Below are positions 52,803 to 63,648 of a stretch of DNA of 64,000 bases, piece after piece. A program made the position numbers and the translations under genes. Below the pieces are notes generated by a model. That model worked only from the letters and a program-made list of their open reading frames with translations. It searched no databases and was not told the DNA's origin. The DNA comes from Klebsiella phage KMI7: the sequence record MN101221.1. One strand, given 5' to 3'. Numbering within the stretch: position 1 is the stretch's first letter; each line of letters begins with the position of its first letter.

Positions 52803-54728
52803 ATGGCTACTGCTAAGACTAAGACTGTCAAAAAACAGATTAACCAAATCCCCGATATCTTTATCGGGGGTACTTTCGAAGAAATTAAATCGGATCTGAT
52901 TGATTGGCTGGGTGGACAAGAAGAGTTTAAGGATTACGATTTTTCCGGCTCACGAATGAACGTACTGATCGACCTTCTGTCGTATGCTACTCTTTATATT
53001 CAGCAGATGGGTAACACGGCTCTATTTGAATCGTTTATTCGCACGGCTGCGTTGCGTAGTTCTGTTGTACAGTCTGCTCAAGAACTGGGATATATGCCAG
53101 ATTCGCGCACGGCTGCAAGCACAGCAGTTATGATTACGGCTGCTAACCCACTGACCCCAACATCGATCCGTATCCCGCGCGGTACAAAATTCATCGGTAC
53201 TGTAAAGAATACAGACAGTTATTCTTTTGTTGTATCAGATGACGTTGTTATCGTTCGTGATAGTAATAACAACTATACATCAATGCTGAACCTGGTGCAA
53301 GGCCGTTTAGTTCGTACTGAACTAATTTATGACGGTTCGAGTATCTTGATCCGAGATCCAAACATTGACCGTAGTCAGGTACGTTTAACTGTAAACGGCG
53401 CACAATGGGAAGACTGGACAAACGAAAGCATTGTAAACGCAACAGGCGCAAGCACGATTTACTACATGCGTGAAACTGTTGATGGACATACCGAAGTTTA
53501 TTTCGGTGAAGGTGAAGCAAGTCAACAAGTGGCTGGTGGCGCACTAACCGCTGAATATATCGGGGGCTTGAAACCTGCTAATGGTTCGACTATCGTTATT
53601 GAGTACCTGTCAACCGATGGGGAAGCGGCTAACGGTGCAAAAGATTTTATCTATGTCGATACATTAACCAATATTAGCATCACTAACATCGAAGAAAACC
53701 CGACTAAATCCCCTGATTATGTTGGTGCTGATGGTGGTGGTGATCCGGAAGATATCGAGCGTATTCGAGAACTGGCCCCTGTTATGCGTGAAACACAACG
53801 CCGTTGTGTAACTGCATCGGATTATGAATCATTCCTGTCTCACAGATTTGGTTCTATCATCCAGGCGGTACAGTGCTTTACTGATAACGAAAAACCTGGT
53901 TATGCTTTCATTTCTGTTAAACCAAAGTCAGGTTTACGCCTAACATCGGTACAGAAAGAAGATATGCAAACGTATCTTTCGAAATATAACCTAGCGACGA
54001 TCACCCCGTCGATTATGGATCCTAACTATCTGTATATTGTGCAATCTGTCAAAGTAACGTATGATATCAGTAAGTTGACGGAATCAGAGGAATGGTTACG
54101 CGGTCAGGTTATTTCGTCGATCGACTCTTACTATACTGACAACGTTGAAATTTTCAACAAATCTTTCAGTGTATCTAAGATGTTGACTTATGTCGATCAG
54201 TCTGATACTTCTATTATCGGTTCGGAAGCAGATATTAAATTGCTCCGTGAAATTGACAACTATTACAGCGCCCCTATGTCTGGGATCCATTTCTTGAACC
54301 AAGTGGAATCTAAATCAATCATTTCCAGTACGTTCAAGTTCACCAACGAAGAAGACGAAAGTTATGATGTTCGTTATGCTTCTACGGAAATGGATCAGGA
54401 TGGTAACGCAAAAATTGTAATAGGCCCGTTCAAGGATGGGGATATTTCGATCGCTGCTTATACAGGCGATGACTTTGAAAAATTAACAGATGCAGGAACC
54501 CGTAATAAATATTACGAAGTTGGATCGGTTTCTCATTACACCGATTTCATTAGTTTTGACCTGGGCGTTCTGAACGTATCCGCCGATAGTTTCAGCGCTG
54601 CTTATATCGAGCTAAATGCAAAACCTCTCGAAGAAACCATTTTTACTCGCGATGGTTCGTTGATCGTGTTTGAAAATGACCTGCGTCCTCAATATACCAC
54701 ATTGACTATGAATCCTATCAGTCAATAA
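52803..54728 (+). CDS. 6: baseplate wedge protein gp6
   Basis: 641 aa. Extensive collinearity with T4 gp6 (IPDIFIGGTF.EIK, GADGGGDPEDIERIREL, TRDGSLIVFENDLRPQY). Confidence 0.92.
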   Translation: MATAKTKTVKKQINQIPDIFIGGTFEEIKSDLIDWLGGQEEFKDYDFSGSRMNVLIDLLSYATLYIQQMGNTALFESFIRTAALRSSVVQSAQELGYMPDSRTAASTAVMITAANPLTPTSIRIPRGTKFIGTVKNTDSYSFVVSDDVVIVRDSNNNYTSMLNLVQGRLVRTELIYDGSSILIRDPNIDRSQVRLTVNGAQWEDWTNESIVNATGASTIYYMRETVDGHTEVYFGEGEASQQVAGGALTAEYIGGLKPANGSTIVIEYLSTDGEAANGAKDFIYVDTLTNISITNIEENPTKSPDYVGADGGGDPEDIERIRELAPVMRETQRRCVTASDYESFLSHRFGSIIQAVQCFTDNEKPGYAFISVKPKSGLRLTSVQKEDMQTYLSKYNLATITPSIMDPNYLYIVQSVKVTYDISKLTESEEWLRGQVISSIDSYYTDNVEIFNKSFSVSKMLTYVDQSDTSIIGSEADIKLLREIDNYYSAPMSGIHFLNQVESKSIISSTFKFTNEEDESYDVRYASTEMDQDGNAKIVIGPFKDGDISIAAYTGDDFEKLTDAGTRNKYYEVGSVSHYTDFISFDLGVLNVSADSFSAAYIELNAKPLEETIFTRDGSLIVFENDLRPQYTTLTMNPISQ

Positions 54729-54733
54729 TCTTT

Positions 54734-54765
54734 AACCCCTGTCTTCGGATAGGGGTTTTTCTTTT
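54734..54765 (+). terminator. intrinsic terminator after gene 6
   Basis: cccctgtc-ttcg-gataggggttttt hairpin plus T-run. Confidence 0.6.
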
Positions 54766-54773
54766 TATAAATA
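54766..54773 (+). promoter_or_regulatory. T4-type late promoter TATAAATA upstream of gene 7
   Basis: Exact TATAAATA 36 nt upstream of the gp7 ATG, immediately after the terminator. Confidence 0.6.
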
Positions 54774-54808
54774 CGTGATATACATAACCGCAAATTTGGA
54801 GAAATATA

Positions 54809-57800
54809 ATGATTAAAGCGCCTTCGATTACGAGTTTGCGCGTTGATAAGCTGGCTGCTAACTTCGTTTACCTTAAATGGGATGATGTTGGCATGGATTT
54901 CTATTATGTGGTTGAATTGGCCCGTAGCCGTGATATGGACGGAACTATTATCCCAGATGAAAATTTAATCTGGAGTCAGTTGGGCTATAGCTACGAAAAC
55001 GAATGGTTTAGCGATCAGGTTGCCCCAAATACACGTTATAAATTCCGTATTCAAACAACTCATGAAGGGTTTGAACCTTCTGATTGGGTGATCAGCGATG
55101 AATTATGGACGTTTGATGAGAACGCCTACGCATATACAACCATGCGTGAATTCACCCCTGCTGATTCGTTTATCAATGAAAAATTCGCCAAAAACAATCG
55201 TGATTACGTCGATTTTAACGATGATGTTATTATGGCTTCTCTGATGGTTGAGGATTTTGTATACTCTCCCCTGTATTCTGATGTAAGCCAGATCAGCGAT
55301 AAGATCCTGAAACAAGAAAGCTACCACGAAATTCAAGATCACATCGAACACGTTTGTAATGACATAGATCGCACGTTCCTGGTATACTCAAACGGATTGC
55401 TTTACCTGTTTGAACGTTTTCAGAATATGGCTAAAGTGTCAAATGACAAAGGCCAAACGTGGTATTACTACAAAGCATTAAACGATCGCGTAGGCAATCC
55501 GGTTTCCCGTACCGTTGCTTATCAGAGCGCTAACACTACGTATGTGTTAGGATACGATCGCATATTTTACGGGCGCACGTCAACAGATATTCGTTGGTCT
55601 TCTGATGAAGTTCGTTTTTCTGCTGATGATGTAACGTTTGCGAAGCTGGGGAACCAGTCAGGGTTAGATTTTGATGTTGACTCATACAACACGTATGCGC
55701 GTCTACCGGGCGGAGTGTCGAAGTATGCCGAAGCTATGGCTTGTTCTAGTGACTGGCTCTACGTGGCTGCTAAGAACGTTATGCGCCGTATTGCGTTACG
55801 TAACACACCAATTGATACTGATCCTGGTTCGCCGACCTTTGGTGAACGTATTTTTGATGAAGTTTCATATACCATCGTACCAGGAAATGATAAAATTGTT
55901 GTTAAAAAAATGGACGTGCTAAATGACCGTCTGTACGTTCTGGTAACTGGTGAAGTTAAAACGGCGATGATGGATCCGACTGTCAAGGCTAACGTGATCC
56001 CGTCAAACGATGCTGGCGTTTATCTGTGGGATGAGACTGCAAAGACGTTTACCCGTGTTTATGGTAAAACCGAAGAGGAACGTTTTTATATCACTCATGA
56101 ATATACCAATATGTCAACCAATGGCGATGAAGTTTACATTTCTGTTGGTAACTACAAATATCCAGGCACTTTGCCAGATCCAGATCTGGTTGAAAAGTAT
56201 CCGGAAGATGTGCATTCAGCGGTGAAATACGATCTTGTTCCTGGTTATACTGCGAGCATTTCGATTAACTTTGCTACAGTTCGTGCAAATCAGAACGATC
56301 CTACAGTATGGAACTTTGGGCCGCAAGAGTACTACAATGAAGCAAACTTTAGCTGGCATTTCCGCGATAAGGTTAGCACATGGATCACCAATGATAACCG
56401 TCCTCTGGTGGTTTATCCGGAAACCCTATATACTCTGGTTACTGATAGCGCGTCTCCTGCGTCAACGATTCGTGTAAACCATGAAGTTTGGGACAAAGGA
56501 ACAGTTACTATCTACTTGAATAATATCAAGTTTACTGGGTTTACGAAGTACACAAACGGTGTTCTGTTGTATCGCTCAGGTGGTAGGATAATTGGATTCT
56601 ATGAACTGTCATACCGCGCAAGGGATGAACTCACTATTTTCTGGAAACCTGATAACACTTTAATGGTGGCAAGTCTGGTTAATCAGGAACGTGAAAACCC
56701 ATACACGCCGGATATTGAACCTGGACTAATCGACCCTGATCTGAGTCACATGATCACTCGTTTTGCTCCGCAAAGCTATCTGGACAACCAACAGTTTGAA
56801 AAATTTGGTGAATACTATCTGCAATATATTTCGTTGGGAAGCAACAGTTACTATAACAAATTGCTGAACCTCATCCGGAACAAGTATCCGAGAGAGAAAA
56901 ACAACGTTGAATATTTGTGGTCTGAAATTAACCGCCGTAACATTTACCTGGATAAAACCAAACGTGAGGCAGTGGTTAGATTTTTTGAATCACGTGCAAG
57001 CGATTTCTATTCAACAAAAGGGATCGAAGCAAGTTATACGTTCCTGTTTAAATTGCTGTATAACGAAGATGTTTCCGTTGAGATCGAAAGCTCCAACAGT
57101 CTCGAATATGATATTTTGGTTAGTTCAACAAATATCAGTCAGGATATCGTAGGCCGGACGATCTATACACCAACTGGACGCGCTAACGTTACATACATCG
57201 AACGTGACTATGAAAATGGTCAATTGCGTTGGTCAATGACTCTGCATAATGCTCAAGGTAACTTTATCGAAGGGCAGGTTGTCAAGTCAGAAAAAACCAA
57301 TTTCACCGGAATGGTAATTCGTGGTGTTCGCGGTAAACAAATGGCTAACAACTCGATCGACTATATCAACCGTGGACGATCTTACTATGTGATGAAAATT
57401 CGTTCAAATCTACCAACTTCCCGTTATAAGGATGACGTATTGAGGTTTGTTCATCCGGTAGGATTCGGCTTTATGGGTATCACGATGTTAACAGTATTCA
57501 TCAACTCTGGTTTGTCAATGACTCATAACGAGACAATCATTGATATTCTGAGAAACTACCGTTTCGATAGTGGTTATCCTAAGTTCTGGCCTGATCGCAT
57601 TGCGAGTATGGACGGTAACGGAAACCAACAATTCGACCTGGTTACTGGTGAACCTCTGTACACCGCACACCCGCGAGCGGGGGAACCTTTTGATGTACCT
57701 CCGGAATATGACATTGAAGAAAAACCACTTAACGGTGTTCTTCCTTCTGCGCGACGGTTCGATCAAAGTCCGTTGTTCGATTGCTCAGGCGTTAAATATT

Positions 57801-57895
57801 CACAGTTCCGTAATTTGGTGGATAAACGACTGAAAGATGATGCAGGAAACCCACGTGATCCAAATCCTCCATCACAGATTAAGGTAGGAAATTAA
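54809..57895 (+). CDS. 7: baseplate wedge protein gp7
   Basis: 1028 aa. N-terminus collinear with T4 gp7 (KAPS.TSLR..KL.AN.V...WDDVG). Size matches (1032 aa). Confidence 0.92.
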   Translation: MIKAPSITSLRVDKLAANFVYLKWDDVGMDFYYVVELARSRDMDGTIIPDENLIWSQLGYSYENEWFSDQVAPNTRYKFRIQTTHEGFEPSDWVISDELWTFDENAYAYTTMREFTPADSFINEKFAKNNRDYVDFNDDVIMASLMVEDFVYSPLYSDVSQISDKILKQESYHEIQDHIEHVCNDIDRTFLVYSNGLLYLFERFQNMAKVSNDKGQTWYYYKALNDRVGNPVSRTVAYQSANTTYVLGYDRIFYGRTSTDIRWSSDEVRFSADDVTFAKLGNQSGLDFDVDSYNTYARLPGGVSKYAEAMACSSDWLYVAAKNVMRRIALRNTPIDTDPGSPTFGERIFDEVSYTIVPGNDKIVVKKMDVLNDRLYVLVTGEVKTAMMDPTVKANVIPSNDAGVYLWDETAKTFTRVYGKTEEERFYITHEYTNMSTNGDEVYISVGNYKYPGTLPDPDLVEKYPEDVHSAVKYDLVPGYTASISINFATVRANQNDPTVWNFGPQEYYNEANFSWHFRDKVSTWITNDNRPLVVYPETLYTLVTDSASPASTIRVNHEVWDKGTVTIYLNNIKFTGFTKYTNGVLLYRSGGRIIGFYELSYRARDELTIFWKPDNTLMVASLVNQERENPYTPDIEPGLIDPDLSHMITRFAPQSYLDNQQFEKFGEYYLQYISLGSNSYYNKLLNLIRNKYPREKNNVEYLWSEINRRNIYLDKTKREAVVRFFESRASDFYSTKGIEASYTFLFKLLYNEDVSVEIESSNSLEYDILVSSTNISQDIVGRTIYTPTGRANVTYIERDYENGQLRWSMTLHNAQGNFIEGQVVKSEKTNFTGMVIRGVRGKQMANNSIDYINRGRSYYVMKIRSNLPTSRYKDDVLRFVHPVGFGFMGITMLTVFINSGLSMTHNETIIDILRNYRFDSGYPKFWPDRIASMDGNGNQQFDLVTGEPLYTAHPRAGEPFDVPPEYDIEEKPLNGVLPSARRFDQSPLFDCSGVKYSQFRNLVDKRLKDDAGNPRDPNPPSQIKVGN

Positions 57896-58888
57896 ATGGC
57901 ACAACAAAACTTGTATCGGTCGGTAATTACTGCAAAATTCCGAACCGAAAACTTGATGAACTTCAAAGATATGATCGGCGATGCCGCCGATCTAAACACG
58001 ATTTATATGTCTATTGGGCGAACTGAATCATGGGCGGATAACGAATCCGACCCTAACTTCGCCCCGCCATATCCAAATGATAGCACCGATGGTGTTAGTG
58101 ATATGTGGACGCATATGATCGGGGCTACTAAAGTTCCTGGTGATATGATAGATGCAATTTTACCACGTAAAGACTGGGGTGATACTCGTTATCCAAACCC
58201 GAAAATCTTTTACTTTAACGATATTGTCGTTGTAAACACCGCACCATATAACCGTACTGATCCGGGTAAAGGTTGGATGGTTTATCGTGTAGTTGATGTT
58301 CCTGATATCGGTTCTTGCTCCATTTCGAGCATTACCGGAAAACTTGAATGTATCAGGATCGGCGGTATCTGGAGTCCGTCTCATGAATCTAGTGAACCTC
58401 CACGCGGAGAAGCTAACGGGATCGACATGGGCGACGGTTATAAATGGGAATACCTCTACACAATCCCGCCAGATGTCGTGATCAACCGCTGTACAAACGA
58501 ACATATCGTAGTTCCTTTCCCTGGCGAACTGGAAGAGGATCCGGTACGTTGGGGTTATGATAACGTGATTCAATGGTATCCAGGGCAATACGATCTAGTG
58601 TATCGGTTGAAGGTGAATTCAATGCGTTTTCGTGCATACATGGATTCTCTTTTCTTCCCGCAATCTACGCTTCCTGGTAACAAAGGGTTCCGTCAGATAA
58701 GTATTATTGTAAACCCGTTGATTAAAAAGGCAAGCCCGACCGAACCTGAAAAGAAAGCAACTGGTGATTACTATAATGCTAACGCGCTTGAACCTGATTC
58801 CGGACGTATGATTTACATGGAAAACAGACAACCTATTATTCGCTCCCTTGATCAGACTGAGGAAGTGAGTATTGTATTCGAATTCTAA
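57896..58888 (+). CDS. 8: baseplate wedge protein gp8
   Basis: 330 aa. Strongly collinear with T4 gp8 (DMWTHM, RCTNE.IVVP, NKGFRQISII.NPL, MIYMENR.PII). Confidence 0.92.
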   Translation: MAQQNLYRSVITAKFRTENLMNFKDMIGDAADLNTIYMSIGRTESWADNESDPNFAPPYPNDSTDGVSDMWTHMIGATKVPGDMIDAILPRKDWGDTRYPNPKIFYFNDIVVVNTAPYNRTDPGKGWMVYRVVDVPDIGSCSISSITGKLECIRIGGIWSPSHESSEPPRGEANGIDMGDGYKWEYLYTIPPDVVINRCTNEHIVVPFPGELEEDPVRWGYDNVIQWYPGQYDLVYRLKVNSMRFRAYMDSLFFPQSTLPGNKGFRQISIIVNPLIKKASPTEPEKKATGDYYNANALEPDSGRMIYMENRQPIIRSLDQTEEVSIVFEF

Positions 58889-58897
58889 GGAAAAACA

Positions 58898-59761
58898 ATG
58901 GCTTACCAAACAGCAAAAAAACTAATTGATGTCGGTGAAATCGGCAACCCATCAACAGGCGACCCGCTTTATGATGGTGGTGTTAAACTGAACGAAATGA
59001 TCACCAACGTTTATAATGCGTTTGGTGATGTGCGTATGCTGTCTGCAAACGAAGGTGTCGGTAACATGGTGATCCATGCTACCGGATACTATCAGAAACT
59101 ACCACGCACTTACTATTCAAGCACACCGATCGAACTGGGTTCCTTGCATGACATGGATACTTCAACAGGTTCGATTACCGTTGTTCTTCCTTCTGGTAAG
59201 GTTGGCGAAGGTTGCTACTTCATAAATAGTACGGGTAGTGTCTCTGTTGATCGTCCTATCGCGTTTCGTCCTCAAGTTGGCGATACTATCGCGGGGGTTG
59301 CAGACCAGTTGTATATCACGTCACCTTACACCTTTGTAAAAATCTGGTGTACCAAAAAAGAAGGTGCGGTAACAACATGGGATTATTCTGTAGAATCTAT
59401 GTTCGGTTCTAAAACGATGCCTGTTGACACTACGGCGCTTGTACTGAAAGCAAACCCGACTGCTATTCCTATGTTCGGATATAGCGAATTTAGCGGGGCT
59501 AAGGTGCTCGTATACGCAGAAAACGTAGCTGGTACAGTTACCAAAATGGCGGAAGTTTTAATGACCGTAGATCGTGTAAACAAAGCGATTTATTCAACGG
59601 AATACGCTATTTTGAAAAACAGTGAAGATGAAATGTTTACATTAAACTTTACTGTCGGTGCTGGTGATGTCGTATACGCTAACGTGCAAGCGATCAAAGA
59701 AGATCGAATTAAATTCACGATTAAAGCAATCGATACGATTAAATCAGGGATCGCGTCATGA
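58898..59761 (+). CDS. 9: baseplate wedge / long-tail-fibre socket gp9
   Basis: 287 aa. Position and size as T4 gp9 (288 aa). Confidence 0.8.
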   Translation: MAYQTAKKLIDVGEIGNPSTGDPLYDGGVKLNEMITNVYNAFGDVRMLSANEGVGNMVIHATGYYQKLPRTYYSSTPIELGSLHDMDTSTGSITVVLPSGKVGEGCYFINSTGSVSVDRPIAFRPQVGDTIAGVADQLYITSPYTFVKIWCTKKEGAVTTWDYSVESMFGSKTMPVDTTALVLKANPTAIPMFGYSEFSGAKVLVYAENVAGTVTKMAEVLMTVDRVNKAIYSTEYAILKNSEDEMFTLNFTVGAGDVVYANVQAIKEDRIKFTIKAIDTIKSGIAS

Positions 59762-61575
59762 AACAAGAAATTTTAATAGGTCAGGTTGTAGACGATGGTA
59801 CAGGCGATTACCTGCGTCGAGGTGGTCAAAAGACTAACAGCAACTTTACAGAATTGTATAACATGCTGGGGGATGGTGAGATCCCCCATCCAGCAGGTGC
59901 CTGGAAAACTTTTGCGGGTACGACGCTATCACCAAAATTTGGTGAATCATGGGCGTTGAATACCAGTGCAAACAAAATCACTGTAAACCTCCCGAAAGGC
60001 GGCGTAGGCGATTATAACAAAGTTATTCGTCTGCGTGATGTGTGGTCGCGTTGGGCTACCAACAACGTTAGACTGATCCCCGCAACTGGTGATACTATCA
60101 AAGGTTCCCCAACTCCTAAAGATCTGTTTAAAGATTTTATGGATGTGGAATTGGTGTATTGTTCTCCGGGCCGTTGGGAATACGTCGAAAACAAACAGAT
60201 TGACAAAATCACAACTTCGGATCTGGCAACAGTAGCAAAAGAAACGTATATTGCTACTCAGGGACAAACTGACTTCCCTAACGTATTCGGTGTTGGTAAT
60301 GAATACAACCTGCAATCGTTCGAAGTTTACTATCGCGGTAACTTGCTGTTCATCGATGAGAAAGACGGATTCAATGCTGATAACTCAGACTATGGATCGA
60401 TTGGTTCTGCTCCTGGTGAACTGGTTGCACTTGATGGTAATTCAGTACGTCTTAAAAACCCGTGTAACGCTGGTGACACGCTTCAATTTGTTACCTATCT
60501 AGATGGGTTAGCAACATGGCGATCGAGCTATGAAGCGTATGTGATGCGCATGTATCAGACTGGCGATACTTCTCTGGAAACCGTTCCTGGTGAACAGTGG
60601 GTAGGTGATCTGACAACCAAAAAAGAGTTTACACCTGCTGAATTTGGTGTTAACCCTCGCGTGTTGATTAACCCTAACTCGTTTGAACTGCTTCTCAACG
60701 GTAAACAACTGGTTAAAGGCGGTGACGCTGACTATCCGGCGTTTTCCTGTGAAGGTGCGGAAGGTGTTGATGAAAGTACGTGTGTTGGTAACTCTGGTGT
60801 ATGGGTTCCGTCAGGACAGGATTATAGTTTAGTATTCACTGATTCTGTAGTGACTTCAATCAAGTTTGCTCAGGAACTGGAATCCGGCGACGTTGTAACG
60901 ATCCGTTGGTTTAACAATGATATTGGTACTCTGATGGATTGGGAAGGAACTGGCGGTATTAAAGAAAAAGCTGATAAGGTTTATCTCAATAACGAAGAAG
61001 AAGTTATATTGACGAACCGTATCGAATATACCGATTATAATAACCCTTCTCAGAAAACAATGCGTAATACAGGGGAAACCTATCAGGGACGTATTCTGGA
61101 TATTCAGGCTATGTTTGATATTATCCACCCGATCGGAACCATCTATGAAAACGCACACAACCCGGCAAACCCTGCTGATTATATGGGATTTGGTGGTTGG
61201 AAACGTTACGCAGAAGGTTATTTCCTGGCTGGCTGGACATCAAATGCAGCGGATCCTGATTTCGCATTAAACAATAATGATTTAGATAGTGGTGGTCAAC
61301 CGAGTCATACGGCAGGTGGTACTGGTGGCGATCGTGGTACAGAAATTAAAATCATCAACGTTCCTGAACTTGTATCAAAAGATAAAGTTCTGATTGCTGA
61401 TGAAAATGGTGCTGTGATCATTGGTGGTTGTCAGTTAGATCCTGATGCTTCTGGCCCTGGATACACTAAATACCGTGAGGATACATTGAAAGTGAATCAG
61501 GGTAACACATTACCTGATAAAATCAAAACTATTCCACCGTATATGACTGCACATCGCTGGATAAGGGTTGCATAA
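59758..61575 (+). CDS. 10: baseplate wedge pin protein gp10
   Basis: 605 aa. N-terminus collinear with T4 gp10 (VVDDGTGDYLR.GG.K.N.NF.ELY..LGDG). Confidence 0.9.
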   Translation: MKQEILIGQVVDDGTGDYLRRGGQKTNSNFTELYNMLGDGEIPHPAGAWKTFAGTTLSPKFGESWALNTSANKITVNLPKGGVGDYNKVIRLRDVWSRWATNNVRLIPATGDTIKGSPTPKDLFKDFMDVELVYCSPGRWEYVENKQIDKITTSDLATVAKETYIATQGQTDFPNVFGVGNEYNLQSFEVYYRGNLLFIDEKDGFNADNSDYGSIGSAPGELVALDGNSVRLKNPCNAGDTLQFVTYLDGLATWRSSYEAYVMRMYQTGDTSLETVPGEQWVGDLTTKKEFTPAEFGVNPRVLINPNSFELLLNGKQLVKGGDADYPAFSCEGAEGVDESTCVGNSGVWVPSGQDYSLVFTDSVVTSIKFAQELESGDVVTIRWFNNDIGTLMDWEGTGGIKEKADKVYLNNEEEVILTNRIEYTDYNNPSQKTMRNTGETYQGRILDIQAMFDIIHPIGTIYENAHNPANPADYMGFGGWKRYAEGYFLAGWTSNAADPDFALNNNDLDSGGQPSHTAGGTGGDRGTEIKIINVPELVSKDKVLIADENGAVIIGGCQLDPDASGPGYTKYREDTLKVNQGNTLPDKIKTIPPYMTAHRWIRVA

Positions 61576-62243
61576 TGGCTTACAACAATATTTCAAAAAC
61601 AAGGGAGGGCGCTCGCGTCCTCTCTAAAGAAGCAGATTACTTACAGTATGATACTTATGGTAAGTTGCCTCTGATCGGCGGTAAACGTTCGATCGGCGAA
61701 CCAAACATTGACCAAACAAAACGCGGTGTTCTGTATGGAAACGTACAATCCGCAATTGATGACCTGTATACGCTTATCGAGCAAATCCCGATTAACGGCG
61801 TTGTTACCATGACTGAGGATGCCCCTCCAATCGCTGTACAGCAGGTTGAGAGCGTTTCTTTTGATGGTATTGTACAGAACATCGATTCAGACCAAGAACA
61901 AGCTGTAGTTCACGTATATGGCTTCCCTTTCATCTTTGATAATGGGACTAACGCCGCAACCGTTTGTGAAACTGCATACAATAAATTTATTGAATTCGTT
62001 GCAGCGGAAAAATATTTCGCAGAAGTTAACCGCAAAGGTGTTGATGGTACGATCCTTGAATGTCGATTTATTGATAGTGTTCCGCACCCGGCAACAAATA
62101 TCTCAGAAAACGGCATTCGTCAAATCGGAACCATCGACGTAGCCGCAAAAAGTGGCTATGGTTCATGGGTTAAATTGGGTTCTGGTTTCTTACCTGATGT
62201 TACTCCGCAAGTAACCGTGTATTACTTCAAACGAATTGCATAA
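61575..62243 (+). CDS. 11: baseplate wedge / short-tail-fibre connector gp11
   Basis: 222 aa. C-terminal GYGSW..LG...YFKR.A as in T4 gp11. Confidence 0.85.
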   Translation: MAYNNISKTREGARVLSKEADYLQYDTYGKLPLIGGKRSIGEPNIDQTKRGVLYGNVQSAIDDLYTLIEQIPINGVVTMTEDAPPIAVQQVESVSFDGIVQNIDSDQEQAVVHVYGFPFIFDNGTNAATVCETAYNKFIEFVAAEKYFAEVNRKGVDGTILECRFIDSVPHPATNISENGIRQIGTIDVAAKSGYGSWVKLGSGFLPDVTPQVTVYYFKRIA

Positions 62244-62252
62244 GGATAACAC

Positions 62253-63638
62253 ATGAGTAACAATACAATCAACCACGTAAGTGATAAATCCATTTACGTG
62301 ACATTTGACCCAACAGGTACTGATTGGCCTGATACCATAACCAACGTACAAGATGCGTTGGAAAAAATAGGTAGTTGGGCGCGTACTGATACTGGGCTTC
62401 CTATCGCAACAACTTCTGTTCGTGGTATTGCTCAGATCGCAACCGAAGCTGATATTGACGCTGGCACGGATAACACTAAGATTGTTACTCCGAAACTGTT
62501 AGCATACCGTATGCAGAACCCTAAAGCATCACAAACCGTATGGGGTTATACGAAGTATTCGACTGATGCGGAATCTACAACCGTAACTAACGATGCATCG
62601 TCTATTACTCCGCGATCGCTGAACTATGTGTTCAATAACCGCAAAGGTACAGAATCGGTTTGGGGTTCTTCTAAAATTGCTACCACTGCACAGGCGGTTG
62701 CTGGTACAGATAACACTGTAACTATGACTCCGCTTAAAGTCAAGCAAGCGATCGCGTCTCTGGTTCCTGTTCAGTCAAGTGCGACCGAAAGCTCGCAAGG
62801 TTTGGTACAACTGGCAACAGTTGCACAGGTTCAGGCTGGTACGATCCGTGAAGGGTATGCAATTTCACCTTATACGTTTATTCGTTTAACTGCAAATGAA
62901 AGCAACCTGGGCGTTATTCGTATTGCAACACAAGCAGAAGCAAACGCGGGTACTGATGATACAAAAGCAATTACCGCGAGGAAAATGAACAACACTCGCG
63001 CAACAAATGCTCAATTTGGTGTTGTTAAACTTTCAACCACTGTTGGGAATGCTGCAAATACTGCACTTTCTTCAAACGCTGCGGTATTACCTAGTGATCG
63101 AAATGCGATTATTACTGGTTCCGTTTATGAGAATAGCGCAATTTATAACAACAAATATCAGACGTGGACAGATCTTGATTGGCATTTCCCAGTAGGTGCT
63201 ATTGTCATGACTGGTTTCCAGACTGACCACGGTAGTTTGTATATTTGTGATGGTCGCTCACTGAATAAAAATAACTATCCGTTACTTTTTGAGCGTATAG
63301 GTTATACATTTGGTGGTGGCGGTGATTGGTTTAACCTTCCAGATTGTCGAGGCGTTGCAGTACGTGGTCATGACCGTGGACGCGGATTAAACCCTAATCG
63401 TGGGTATGGTACATATGAAGGCGATATGTTGGGTTGGCACGAACACCCATTACAGCTTATCTACCAGAACGGCGGCAACATTCCGAAATGGCAAGCAGTT
63501 TACGAACTGAAAAGCGCCGAGAAGAATGACCAAAGCGCTCGCGTATTTGATGCTTCTATAACTAAAGCTACTGGTGTGGGCGGTGAAGAAACCCGCATGA
63601 AAAACATCGCATTAAACTACGTAATTCGTACTCAATAG
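62253..63638 (+). CDS. 12: short tail fibre gp12
   Basis: 461 aa. MSNNT..HVS..S.YV.FDPT. Repeated GT.NTKAVTP segments. C-terminal ...NISLNY.I as in T4 gp12. Confidence 0.88.
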   Translation: MSNNTINHVSDKSIYVTFDPTGTDWPDTITNVQDALEKIGSWARTDTGLPIATTSVRGIAQIATEADIDAGTDNTKIVTPKLLAYRMQNPKASQTVWGYTKYSTDAESTTVTNDASSITPRSLNYVFNNRKGTESVWGSSKIATTAQAVAGTDNTVTMTPLKVKQAIASLVPVQSSATESSQGLVQLATVAQVQAGTIREGYAISPYTFIRLTANESNLGVIRIATQAEANAGTDDTKAITARKMNNTRATNAQFGVVKLSTTVGNAANTALSSNAAVLPSDRNAIITGSVYENSAIYNNKYQTWTDLDWHFPVGAIVMTGFQTDHGSLYICDGRSLNKNNYPLLFERIGYTFGGGGDWFNLPDCRGVAVRGHDRGRGLNPNRGYGTYEGDMLGWHEHPLQLIYQNGGNIPKWQAVYELKSAEKNDQSARVFDASITKATGVGGEETRMKNIALNYVIRTQ

Positions 63639-63648
63639 AGGTTATTAA

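Noticed and set aside
53248-53544. 98-aa minus-strand ORF inside gene 6, and similar antisense ORFs in genes 46, 5 and 7
   Set aside because: They are embedded antisense in confidently assigned structural genes and have no expression signals.
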